DNA of 64,000 bases, taken from positions 143,158,001 through 143,222,000 of the forward strand of contig OX597817.1 of assembly GCA_951406725.2 (NCBI GenBank), written 5' to 3'. A model generated the notes under the pieces. It had not been told where the DNA came from. It saw nothing but the letters and a program-made list of their open reading frames with translations, and made no database searches. Each line of letters begins with the position of its first letter. The first letter of the stretch is position 1. This document shows positions 23,474-36,493 of the stretch, in pieces. The position numbers and the translations under genes were made by a program. Source of the DNA: Octopus vulgaris (Eukaryota).

Positions 23474-23679
23474 TTGGAACAAATGGCTTTAACAAGCCTT
23501 TGGTAATCTAAATTGATTGTAGTTTTCCCCCACTGAGGGGGGAACACCAACGCGAAGTCTTCGCGCGAAGGTTGACTTCGTCCGTTAGACAACAATGGAC
23601 AAAAAAAGGTAGACCAACAGTATATAATAACAGAGATAAGTAGTATGAGAGCAAAAATATATATCAACTTACTAATAAC

Positions 23680-23691
23680 GCAATAAATTGA
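23680..23691 (-). promoter_or_regulatory. Inr-like motif (TCAATT) at the LINE 5' end, putative internal Pol II promoter start
   Basis: Both copies start with TCAATTTATTGCG immediately after the TSD, resembling the TCAKTY initiator. Confidence 0.35.
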
Positions 23692-24258
23692 TTTCCTCCA
23701 TGTGTTCAAATCTTTTTTCTCTACATTGTATACTTTATAGACAATAATCTTTTCTTTAATTTAATTGTTTATTATCCATCTGGACTATTCCATTTCTGCA
23801 CGCTTATTTTATTTTTAATTTATTCCCATTTATGTGAAACCACTTATTCAAGTTCAAGTCATTGATGCAATTTTATACCAATTGCTATTTTTACTTTTGT
23901 TATGTTACGACTATATTATACTTTAGTTTGATTTTAATTATTACTTACTACATATAATTCAATTGTTATTTTTATTTTTATTGTTAAAGTGTAGTATCTG
24001 ACATAAAATAGAGAAATGTTTTTGTTTCACTTTTAACACGTAATACTGAAATAGTGGAGAAGATATGATATTGCTATGGGCTCGCCCTAGGCAAGAAGTT
24101 GAACATTTCTTTTTGCCCATTAAACTACATGGACCCTAAGTAAGGCATGTGTAAAATTTGAATGAAATTGGTTGTGTAGTTCTCAAGTTTTAGGGAAACA
24201 CACAGACAGACAGACAGACACACATTCTCAGTTTTATACATATAAAGATATATTTATA

Positions 24259-24332
<74 letters not shown>

Positions 24333-24551
24333 ATATATATGAAGACGTACAATATATGATATATATTTATTTATTAACTTTTACAAGCCAAAACTTCGAA
24401 ATCAGTGACAACCATCTCTTTGTAAGAGCCTCTGTGTGTGTGTGTATGAATTCTCCTAAAATGTATGGAGTAACGCTGTAGTTTAATATTAAATTGTTTT
24501 TTCTATAGAGCTCGAGACAACAACAAACCTTAATGTGGTGATATACCATTT

Positions 24552-24850
24552 AAAGTGTTTTGATCTGAGAGCGCACGCTGACGTTAAAGCGATTGCAGCG
24601 TGAATGACACAAGTTAAACCATTCCGAAACACACAAAGACCGTTCTAATATGGTGTCAAAAGCGTCGTCGCTCGAAGCTGATACTTGTTCAACGACAAAA
24701 TATTCTGCTGCAGAATTTTTTATCAGTCAACAGGTCACACTTTTGTGCGACGAAACTTGTGACATCATATTACATATAAATATTTAAGTGAAGTTCACGG
24801 ACTTCGTGTCTTTCTGAATGGCTAACTTAATGTCTCACACGCTGCAATCG
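24552..24850. mobile_element. Decayed foldback element with two inverted hammerhead-like motifs (related to 36091-36403)
   Basis: Ends GATTGCAGCGTG / CACGCTGCAATC. Inner arms read GTCAACAGGTC..GCGACGAAA and, on the minus strand, TTGAACAAGT..GCGACGAC. Confidence 0.6.
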
Positions 24851-24914
24851 ATATACATACATACATACATACATACATACATACATACATACATACATAC
24901 ATACATACATACAT

Positions 24915-25295
24915 AGCAGGTTTATCATTGTAACTATTAGGGCCCTGGGATATGTAACACACTGCCTAAATACCAATCTTAAGAAAATAGGTTTTTCAAA
25001 ACCAGACAGGACAAAGCTAATTCGAAGATTACAGATCTACTCCAACATAGGAAATGTAAAAATATATATAACTTATCAGAAGTTTATCATTTAAATATAT
25101 AGGAGTATGTCTAAATATGTAACTATATGCATGAGAATACATACATACATACATACATACATACATACATACATACATACATACATACATACATACAAAT
25201 AAAAGCACCTTGTTGCTGACGTTGAAATTTCAATGAAGGAACCTTGAATCTAGGTTAGAAATCGGCTTTTTCTGTATTGGCAAGAAATGTCTGTA
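24915..25295 (+). mobile_element. 3' end of an RLE-type LINE embedded in (CATA)n
   Basis: Translates RFIIVTIRALGYV (the PIIVGALG motif of RLE C-termini). (CATA)n on both sides of the coding part. Confidence 0.5.
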
Positions 25296-25299
25296 AATG

Positions 25300-25990
25300 G
25301 TAGCGGTAGTCCTCTCATTAAAGCTGGGTATCTTCAAGAAACAGGTCTTAGAGAGATCCTTCTTGCCTTTATTTGGCTTGTGTTCTTGGATGGAGTTAAC
25401 AACGGACGTCGGGTATCCGTTGGTCTAAGTACCTTTAGGAACTGAACAATATGCGTCCCGGCATATGTTACTCTCTTGAATATACGGGCGATCTCGCTAT
25501 GTACATAGCTCCCTGATGTGGAGGACCGACTTGTAATGGTCGAAGAGATCCCGGCAGGATGATTTTCGGTAGAACACCGTGTCAATTTTTCCCTTTGTCT
25601 GTGATGTTTAACTAAAAGTCAAGCAAGAAGAGAGAACCATCGCTGCTTGGATGTTCAGTGGTGAAGCTAATATGTTGGTCTATATTATTGGATGTCTCTA
25701 GTATTGTGAAGGCGTCCTCATGGAAAGGTGTGTGCATGAGAATGTCGTCCATATACGTAGTGATAAAAGTGCACGAGTGACAAGAACTGAGTGTCCTACG
25801 CTCAAGGCAGTCTAAGTAATAAGCAAGTAGGCCTAAACATTTATTATACGTGTTGCCAAGGAAATCGAAGTGTGTGTTGGCAACTATGACTGACACTGGC
25901 TCCTCTGAATACATCACTGCGACGACGACCAGCATCATAACATACGCCACCAACACCATCTTAAACGGTCGGAGAGTTGCTGCTGCTGCT
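25300..25990 (-). pseudogene. Decayed Penelope-like RT fragment
   Basis: YMDDILM...NNIDQHISFTTEHPSSDGSLFLLDF is the PLE RT motif 5-7 pattern. Confidence 0.7.
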
Positions 25991-26237
25991 AAACCAAGCG
26001 CCGAGCAGCTTAAAATGGAATAACGAAATCTATGTAAATACTCATTTCGTGGACTGCTTCCTTCTGAAGATAGGCTTTCCCGCCTGAAATATAAAGTTTT
26101 TTTTTTAAAAAACTTTCTGCATTGTTAGAAGCTTTTTTTTCCCCTTTTCTCTTTCTACTTGTGTAATACAATGCTTCAAGCGAACTACAACACTTTTATA
26201 TGAACATATATTATACACAAACATATATTATACACAA

Positions 26238-26469
26238 AGGCGGCGAGCTGGCAGAAACGTTAGCACGCCGGGCGAAATACGTAGCCGTATTTCGTCTGTC
26301 GTTACGTTCCGAGTTCAAATTCCGCCGAGGTTCACTTTGCCTTTCATCCTTTCGGGGTCGATAAATTAAGTACCAGTTACGCACTGGGATCGATGTAATC
26401 GACTTAATCCGTTTGTCTGTCCTTGTTTGTCCTCTCTATGTTTAGACCCTTGTGGGCAATAAAGAAATA
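26238..26469 (+). mobile_element. SINE family 1, full monomer with Tx1-like tail
   Basis: GGCGGCGAGCTGGCAGAAACG ... CCCTTGTGGGCAATAAAGAAATA. Confidence 0.88.
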
Positions 26470-26745
26470 TATATTATACACAAACACACATATACATACA
26501 CACACACACACATAAACTATGTATATATATTTATGTAAATAATATATATGCATACATACATACATATATATGTATATATTTGTATAAATGTATATCTATA
26601 TATATGTATATAGGTATATACATATCTATATACATATATATGTATATAGGTATATACATATCTATATACATATATATGTATGTACATATATGTATGTATA
26701 TATGCATATATATATATATATATGTATGTGTATATATGTATATAT

Positions 26746-27687
26746 CGCATCATCAACTCCTTCACCTGCACCTCCAGCAATATTATCTATTGCGTCTCTT
26801 GCTCTCTCTGCCATTCCTTGTACATCGGACAAACGGGACGCCGCTTGGCTGACCGGTTCGCGGAACACCTTCGTGACATCCACCTTGCGAACGACACACC
26901 GGTCTCACGCCATTTCCGCTCCACCGGTCACTCCTTGCAACACCTGTCTGTGTTCGGTTTGTCCTTACACAGAGGCCATCCGGATTCCCGTTTGCGCCGT
27001 GAACAGGAATTAATCTTCTCTCTTCGCTCTTATACGCCATTTGGTCTCAACTCTCCCCCCTCCTCATCTAACCCCTCTCTCCCCCTCCTCACCTACCTCC
27101 CCCCCCCGACCCCTACTTCTCTTCAGTCCTTCATCCTTTCACCCCTGCTCCCCTTCCCTTCTTCCCTCTTTCTCCCTCTTTCTCCCTCCCTCCTTCCCTC
27201 TTCCCCTTCCCTCTGCTCCCTCACTCCCCTCCTCTCCTCCTCCCTCTTCTCCCCCTTCTCTTCCCCCCATCCCCCTCTTCTCCTCTCTCCACACTACACC
27301 ACACGACTTTACACATCACATCATATATACATACACACGTCCAGACCTCTCATACGCACTAATACTCTCCCATGCACACCCCCCCCCTTATGTTGGAGTA
27401 GGTCATTCAACCCTATTATCTCCCCTAATTTCGCTCTCGCGTCTCATGTTTGATCTTTGACTTCTGGCCGAAATCAGATCGCCATGTTGATTCGTTAGTT
27501 ACTGCACGCATATTTTTTTCTCTCCTTCTTTCTGTGTTTTTTTCTCTGTGTATCTTTCTGTTGAAGAGCGTAGGCTCGAAACGTTAAAGACTTGTTTTAT
27601 TTATATTTCCTGAGCGCCATACTAATACAATTGTTTGTTTGTTTTCCACCTGCCTTCGTCTTTTGTCTATTTTCATAAAGCTTCCCG

Positions 27688-27689
<2 letters not shown>
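26746..27689 (+). mobile_element. 5'-truncated Penelope-like element (GIY-YIG end, C-rich 3' region, pLTR with hammerhead-like motif)
   Basis: [30 protein letters not shown]. Near-identical to 59064-60445. Inserted in (AT)n. Confidence 0.9.
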
Positions 27690-27746
<57 letters not shown>

Positions 27747-27753
<7 letters not shown>

Positions 27754-27975
27754 GTGAAAAAACTACAGAAGGCTTGTGTTATATGGTTAAAGAATATATT
27801 TAAATCGTTATGCTAGAAAAACGTTATAAAATTTTGTGTATAGGAACATAGTTTTTAGAGAAATTCTTTAACTATGTTACTATACACAAAGTTTTATAAC
27901 ATTTTTCTAACATAACGATTTAAATATATTCTTTAACCATATAACACAAGCCTTCTGTAGTTTTTTCACTCTTTT
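27747..27975. repeat. ~230-bp near-perfect foldback palindrome
   Basis: AAAAGAGTGAAAAAACTACAGAAGGCTTGTG ... CACAAGCCTTCTGTAGTTTTTTCACTCTTTT. Confidence 0.85.
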
Positions 27976-28026
27976 TTCTCTTTTATACATCCAACCACGT
28001 ACTTTCACATACCAATTCTCTCACCA

Positions 28027-28123
<97 letters not shown>

Positions 28124-28125
28124 TT

Positions 28126-28513
28126 GTGGCATTCTGTCGGTTACGATGATGAGGGTTCCAGCTGATCCGATCAACGGAACAGCCTGCTCGTGAAATTAAC
28201 GTGCAGGTGACTGAGCACTCCACAGGACGTGTACCCTTAACGTAGTTCTCGGGGAGATTCGGCGTGACACAGAGTGTGACAAGGCTGGCCCCTTTGGAAT
28301 ACAGGTACAATAGAAACAGGAAGAAAGAGTGAGAGAAAGTTGTGGTGAAAGAGTACGGCAGGGTCAACCCCCCTCCCCCGTTGCCGGAGCCTCGTGGTGG
28401 AGCTTCAGGTGTTTTCGCTCAATAAACACTTACAACGCCTGACCTGTGAATCGAAACCACGATCCTACGACCGTGAGTCCGCTTCCCTAACCACCGGGCC
28501 ATTGCGCCTCCAC
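28126..28513 (-). mobile_element. tRNA-derived SINE (head A + tail Y)
   Basis: Reverse complement of 5703-6088. Confidence 0.85.
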
Positions 28514-28539
28514 ATATATGTATGTATATATACACATAC

Positions 28540-28690
<151 letters not shown>

Positions 28691-28696
28691 CACACA

Positions 28697-28786
<90 letters not shown>

Positions 28787-28794
28787 CACGCATG

Positions 28795-29379
28795 ACTGAA
28801 TTGGAGTTTTCAAACACTGAAAACTTTGCCAACTTTCAGAATATATTCACGGAGAAGTAAGTGGACAAACACACACAACCACTCCAACGCACATATCAGA
28901 AAATATATCACAAGAATGACAAAGATACCAAAGCCTGGAACATGCCGATTCACAGAGGCTGGGAGATTAAAGAAAATCTTTTAGATATTATTGTCAAAGA
29001 CCATCAGGAAAAAAACTGTCCTAATCAGCATATGAATTCCAATGAAAGACAATGTATCTTTGAAGAACTCTGCGAATATAAATGCCTGGGAATAGCGATA
29101 AACAGAATGTGGGTATTGAAAACAAAAATAATCTTCATAATAACAGGTGTCTTAGAAAAGATAAAATGTGGTACAGGCAAATATAAAGCCCAAAATTGCA
29201 AGACTTGCACAAAAACACAACATACGTGAAATGGTAATGCTAATCACTGGCCATATATATTATATAATGTTTACTCAATACAATGGAGGAACACACAGTC
29301 TATAGACGAGAGCTCCAAGCCAGACAGAATCGAGATCGATTCTGCAATGAAGGCAAGCAATAAAAGTAAAACTGCCAAG

Positions 29380-29380
<1 letters not shown>
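28795..29380 (+). mobile_element. Decayed RLE (R4/Dong-like) LINE 3' fragment
   Basis: EYKCLGIAINRMWVLKTKIIFIITGVL resembles the RLE C-terminus. Followed by (TAA)n. Confidence 0.55.
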
Positions 29381-29884
<504 letters not shown>

Positions 29885-30325
29885 GTGGCCAGATATCTCT
29901 ACTGGCTGTTGTGCGGTAAAGCAAATTTCGAGAGAGCCGAGCAATGATATGAACACAAGCCAGAGGGAGTAATGGAAAACGAACATTACAAAATACTCTG
30001 GGATTTTAACATGCAATGTGACCAAGTCATAGAGACCAGATATCATGCTCGTCATAAAGCTGAAAAAAGATTAGAGATAATTGACGTTGCAATACCAGGC
30101 GATTCGAGGGTGAAATGTAAGGAAACAGAAAAGACCGAGAAATACCAGCCACTGCGGGACGAGATAGGAAAGTTATGGGGCATGAGGAAAGTAATGGTGA
30201 TACCGGTAGTAATTGGAACATTAGGAACAGTTTCCAAGAGCTTTGAAAAACATATTAAGAATATTGGAGCTGCTGTCAGGCTCGAAGTGATCCCGAAGAC
30301 AGCATTGTTGGGTACAGCACTTCTA
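29885..30325 (+). mobile_element. R4/Dong-like RLE LINE fragment
   Basis: KILWDFNMQCDQVIE..IIDVAIPGD..KYQPL..PVVIGTLG..KTALLGTA. Starts directly after (TAA)n. Confidence 0.85.
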
Positions 30326-31327
30326 TCTCTCGATTCTCAATTTTCTTTTCAAGTTAAACTTGAAGAAGTCAATGAAAGCTCAACCAAACAGGAATGTACT
30401 TGTCCTCGTGCCTTTAAGCCTTGTGCACCAAACAACCTCTTTCGCCACAGCCTCTAGGCAAAAGAAAACTGCCTTGTCTTCCCGATTGAAGGAGGGCGGC
30501 GGTGGACCCTTATTCAGTGACCTTCTGAGCGATATGGGCTATTCGACCTGAAGAAAAATCTAACTGGGCCCCAACTACAAGGTCATGTATTGTTTTGCTT
30601 GATATGAGGTTACCATGTCTTTTACGTGGTTTTGCTGCATGTGTCTGGTGTACTCTTATCAGACGGGATAATAATACGGGTTTCTAATATAAGCAAAAGG
30701 CTAGAAATTTTGAGAGGGTTAAAGTGGGCTAACTCAATTTCAGCTCTTCATTTTTACCTCAAGTGGGGGAAAGGCAAAGTCAACTCCAGCAGGATTTGAA
30801 CACGGAACATAAAGACCCGAATTGGCGGAACTGTAAAACGTTAGACCAAATTCTTTGCGTTATTTGTTCTGGTTCTTCACATTCTGTGGCCTTACTTGGA
30901 CATGGAGGTCAATAGGTCGTCTCCTAGTCTGACGTGTTACCCGGAATAAGGGTGCCTTCTGTTAAGTCGATTCCGTTACAAGCATTCAGGTGAAGTTTGA
31001 GGTTTTGGGGTGCCTTCCTCCCTCTTGCCCACTCTCACATCAACCTCGGACCATGAATATCTTCTTCTCTCCTGATTGAAAAAGATATAAAATATCACAC
31101 GCCATGGATTATTTCGCTTGATATCCCACCTCTAGAGGACTGGATGCCCTTTAGATATATTTGAAACTACTCGATTCGTTTGGGTCCTGTAAGTTTTCTG
31201 AGAACGGGGAGAGGTTAAGACAAAAAGGATTCGTAGGGTTTCGATTCAATACCAATTCTGCCAGAACCCAATGAGAATTGGATGGTGTTATCTAAGAATA
31301 TATTCAGTGAGAAACAGAGAAGGGAGG

Positions 31328-31367
<40 letters not shown>

Positions 31368-31776
31368 GTGAGTGAGAGAGAACAAATGGGAACCGTTATT
31401 TTACAGATTCATCTGAAGAACTGGAAAGAAGAAGAAGAAGAAGAAGAAGAAGAAGAAGAAGAAGAAGAAGAAGAAGAAGAAGAAGAAGAAGAAATGGAGA
31501 TGAAGGAGGGGCGAAGATGTAGAAGAGATGGAGAAAGAGAAAAAGAAAAAGATCCAGAAGAAAGTAATGGAGGAGAAAGAGTAGGATGGCGGGAAATGTT
31601 TTCAAAGTAGTAAAAAGAAAATTGTAAAATGATGATGATGATGATGATGATGATTGCGATAATGATCATGTTGATGGTGATGATAACTAGGAGAGTATAA
31701 TGAAGATGGCGATAACGATACCTATACATACATATACTCACACATATATGCATATCTATACATGTGTATATATACA

Positions 31777-31821
<45 letters not shown>

Positions 31822-31850
31822 GCACACATACACACATGTCCATATATTTT

Positions 31851-31907
<57 letters not shown>

Positions 31908-33200
31908 GTTCAGTGAAAGATCCATCGACAGATACATACACGCGCAGAGACACATATACATTATGGTAGCTGAGATAATGATGGTGATGGTGATGGTGAC
32001 GGTGATGGTGATGGTGATGGTGGAGAGGACGACGATGAGGATGATGGTGGTGATTGTGGTGACGACAGTTGTAATGACATGAAGGAGGGAAATGATTAAA
32101 AGACCGAAACCTGTTGCGTTGTTGCCCGAGACTATTGATGTTGTTCATATTAGCTGTGGATCACAGCAGGTTATGGGGAGGAAACCTGCTCGTCTACTTG
32201 AGTCACATAAGGAGAGAGAAAGAGACAAGGAAAGAAAAGAAGAGAGTGAGTGAGTGAGTGAGTGAGTGAGTGAGTGAGAGCAGTAAACGAACACTCGTGC
32301 GGAGATGGTTGCGGGGGAAAATATAGGAGAAACAGTTGGTAGTTGTATGTAAGAATGAAGGAGTGTGAAAGGGAGAAGGACGAAAAGGGAGGAGACAGAA
32401 GGGAGGAAGAGAGCGGTGGAAGGGACAGGGAAAGAGAAAGCGAAAGAGAGAGATAGAGGCAGAGAGAAACGGCAAGAGAGAGAGAGAGATATCAGTAAAA
32501 GAACAATCGTGCAGAGATGGTTGCTGGAGGAATTATAGGAGAAACGTTTGGTAGTTGCAAGTAAGAATGAGAATGGGGGAGAGTGGCAGAGAGAGAAAGA
32601 GACGTAAAGCGGAGACATGGAGGGAGAGAGAGAAAGAGAGAGAGATAATTATCCTTGAATTTTCGACTTTACCCCCCTCTCATTGCCCTCCCCTCACACA
32701 TTCTACTCCAGCGGATTAATTCCACGTCGGAAATTAACCGCTGACATGAAATGTTATAATAACACCCCACCGCCACCAACACCACTAACACCATCACCAT
32801 CACCATCAACAGCAGCAGTCAGCTGCCAGCCATAGGCTGAAACACTGGATATTAAAATCTAATACAGCAGCAATGGCAGTGGTAACAACAGTAACAACAG
32901 CAGCAACGGTAGCAGCAGCAGCCGCAGCAGCATTAATAATAGCATAAGGAACTGATTGGAGAAGAAATGATAATAACCTGTGGACAGTAATGAGGTAAAG
33001 AGATTTTCATTTAATCCGACAAATAAAACAAAAAAAAACAGCAACACATTATAAAATATTAATGGCGTTCTGAGTTGTTTTTGTTTTTGCATTTTCGTTT
33101 GGTTTTTTTTTTTTTGGTTTCGATTTGTTTGGGTTATTTTCTCGGACAAATTGGATCACAGACGTACAGACACAAACAGGTATACACACATAAACATACA

Positions 33201-33251
<51 letters not shown>

Positions 33252-33464
33252 GCACGCAAATGGGTGTATATATACACACACATGCAGAGACAGAGGAATA
33301 CAGACACACAAACAGATATACACACACGCACGCACAAATAGATACAGATACACACAAGTGGGTATATATAAACACACATAGACTCACAGACGAATAGATA
33401 CACACAGATTTACATATAAACATACATACACACATATAGATATACATACATGCATGCATGCATT

Positions 33465-33522
<58 letters not shown>

Positions 33523-34225
33523 AAACTGACGGGCGAACAGGAACTTGTATATGTTCAGTCAAATATATACACTCAAACAGACATATCAGAGACAAACAGA
33601 CATGCAGACATGGTGAGAAACACAGACAGACAGACAGACACACACACAGGCAGGCAGGCACACTGGCAGGCAGACAGACGGGCAGGTAGACAGAGGGATC
33701 GACAGACAGGATTGTCAGATAGACAGACAGGGAGATAGGGAGGTATATATGGATGAACACACACACACACATCTACAACACACAAAGACACACACACACA
33801 CATACACACACAAATGCAGACAGACTCACACACATGCACACACACAGAAATGCAGACAGACTCACACACATGCACACACACAAGTGCAGACACAAAGTCA
33901 GACACGTACACACACACACAGATGCAAACAGACTCACACATACACACACACAGAAGTGCAGACGCACAAATACAGACACCCCCATACACACAAATATAGA
34001 CACAGACTCTCTCACACACACACACAAATGCAGACACACATACATACACACACAAATGCAAACAGACTCATACACACACATATGCACACACACATATGCA
34101 CGCACACAAGTGCAGACACAAACTCAGACACGCACACGCACACACAGATGCAGACTCACACACACACACACACACACACACAATACACCGGGACACACAA
34201 ACATAAATACAAACCCCACAGAGGC

Positions 34226-34440
34226 TAGCATTCCGTCGGTTACGACGATGAGTGTTCCAGTTGATTCCATCAACGGAACATTCTGCACGTGAAACGAACG
34301 TGAGTACTCCGCAGACACGCATACCCTTAAGGTAGTTCTCTGGGAGATTCAGCATAACACACAATGCGATAAGGCTGGCCCTTTGAAATACAGGTTCTAC
34401 TCATTTTGCCAGCTTGTTGTACTGGAAAACCGTGAAATAA
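34226..34440 (-). mobile_element. SINE (tail Y with head-B-type body), partial
   Basis: Matches the 3' part of 5900-6085 and 37245-37402. Confidence 0.7.
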
Positions 34441-34951
34441 AATGTCGGTGAAATAAAGTTGTTAGTGTATGCTTCTTCAACAAGGCACACAATCCTACAG
34501 AGAATCATGCAGATAACCGGAACCGGAAGTAACAGTATTTCATTGTTAGAGATGAACATCCTGCTGTGAACCGATTAATCAGTACGGAGCCGACATTAGA
34601 CTCCAACGGAGACATATAGAGATCCTGCTGTGAATACAACAAGATTAGCTGACCTTTAGTTGGTGTCAGTCGTGTGCCAAACAACCATACTGAGGAGTGG
34701 AATGAACGATGACTGATGACTTGTGTGATGCGTTTGACTGAAAGGAGGTCGAGTCTCACACTTTGTTCTCATCTTGAGCTGTAGAGACAGGAGATGAGAC
34801 CAGGTACAATGGATGACCAATGTGTCTCCCGTCTCTTGACATGCTCTACGCCATTTTTTACCAGTGGACTCCTTTCGTTTCTATTTTCGTCGGATGGACC
34901 CCCTTGCTAGTCGATGTTTAAAAAATCCTATTATATTTTTTTAACTAAGTA

Positions 34952-35092
34952 TAAGGTTGTCCCAAAAGTTCGTAGAAAGTGTTGGAAAATAATAGTCTTT
35001 ATTTTGAGGAGTAAATTTTGTTGTTTTTGTTAGTACTTGGCGAGTAAAAATTCAATTTTCGCAAGTGTTTACGAACTTTTGGGACAACCTAA
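34952..35092. mobile_element. Mariner-type MITE
   Basis: TIRs AGGTTGTCCCAAAAGTTCGTA / TACGAACTTTTGGGACAACCT with TA flanks. Confidence 0.8.
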
Positions 35093-35107
35093 TATTACAA
35101 GAAATTG

Positions 35108-35400
35108 TGTGGAGGCAGCGGACTCGCGGTCGGAGGATCGCGGTTTCGATTCCCAGACCGGGCGTTGTGTGTGTTTATTGAGCGAAAACACCTAAAGCTC
35201 CACGATGCTCCGGCAGTGGGTGGCGGCGATCCCTGTTGTACTCTTTCGCCCCAACTTTCTCTCACTCTTTATTCTTGTTTCTTTAGTAACGCTGCGATGG
35301 ACTGGCGTCCCGTCCAGCTGGGCGGGAGCGGGGGAGCACATACGCCACAGAAACCGGGACACCAGGCCCATGAGCCTGGCTAGGCTTGAAAAGGGCGCAT
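35108..35400 (+). mobile_element. SINE family 2 (head A + V-like body)
   Basis: CTGCGATGGACTGGCGTCCCGTCCAG; homologous to 1435-1736. Confidence 0.8.
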
Positions 35401-36090
35401 AAATAAATAAATTACTAGAAATTGCATAAAAAAGATTGTGAAAATATTTTGTGAATTATATAAGTATTACCAGTTTATTAAACAAATTTTAACAAAATCT
35501 TATATGGCCCCACCCAATGGTTATATTCACCTTGGTTGAGAACTATTGTTGTATGCGATCGAAATTGCTTATAGAAACTGCTTTGTCGAATGTTAGGTTC
35601 ACTGTTGATATTTTCCGCTCAATCTACCAGTACCCAACTTGACATGAAGGTACTACAGTAATGATGATATTACATATAGCTAAAACACATAGCATTTCAG
35701 AGTTAGTAGTCATAACTCATTTGCCGATGGTTATTTACCAATAGGTCAGGAGGTCTTTCTTGAGATAGCATTTGTTTTCTCACAAAGAACTGGTGGCTTT
35801 CAAATTTGAAGTAATTTCAAATGCTGTAGAGAAAAACGAGTGCGACGAAGGCAGTACTTGTTCTGGGTTTACATTCGCGATGAGAAGTCAACCGAAACTG
35901 ATTAAGAATACATTTTAATTGGGATTTCTTTATGGGTCAGAACAGGTAGAAAATATTTTAGTTTTGTTTCCTTAGTAGGTCTTACGAATGCTTAATTTTA
36001 CTAATGCTTAGTATAGTATTAAATATTTTACCTTAAACTGGGGTATTCAGAGTTTATAAATGGCTATAGAATTAATCATAAATCTATACA

Positions 36091-36403
36091 ATTGCAGCGT
36101 GGAAGATGTTTATAAGCCATTTAAAAAACACACAAAAACCATTAGATTCACTTCGTCCTTTAAATTTAATTTGCCAAAATATTTTCGTCGCTTTGAGACT
36201 GCGACCTAATCACTGACAAAATTCCGTGCTTTCGGTGAAAAGGTCGCAGTCTCAAAGCGACGAAAATATTTTGCCAAATTAAATTTAAATGTTGAAGTGA
36301 ATCTAACGGATTTTGTGTGTTTTTTAAATGGCTTATAACCACCTTCCACGCTGCAATTAATTTTGTTTCAGCGCACACGATTTCAGATCAGGTCACTTGC
36401 TAT
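36091..36403. mobile_element. Foldback element with inverted hammerhead-like motifs (G3 core variant)
   Basis: Palindrome 36091-36357. The left arm on the minus strand reads UUGUCA-GUGAUUA-G-GUCGC-loop-GCGAC-GAAA-AUAU-UU/UGGCAA. Confidence 0.7.
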
Positions 36404-36493
36404 ACAAATACACCTCCGTAACATATATATATATACATAGAGAGAGAGAGAGAAGCCATTGGTGTATAAAAACCACTGGTACTGTTGGAACTA

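Larger units (their letters stand above)
18437..23691 (-). mobile_element. Full-length Tx1/L1-clade LINE, copy B
   Basis: As copy A; repeat period 5265-5267 bp. Confidence 0.93.
12752..24248 (-). mobile_element. Non-autonomous Helitron (~965 bp without inserts) split by the LINE tandem
   Basis: Minus-strand 5' end A|TCTTTATATGTATAAAA...(TCTG)n at 24248. 3' end has hairpin ACCCG-gcaacga-CGGGT followed by CTAG|T at 12752. Inserted in AT with no TSD. Confidence 0.75.

Noticed and set aside
31427-31493. Poly-Glu ORF
   Set aside because: (GAA)n microsatellite in a purine-rich low-complexity tract.
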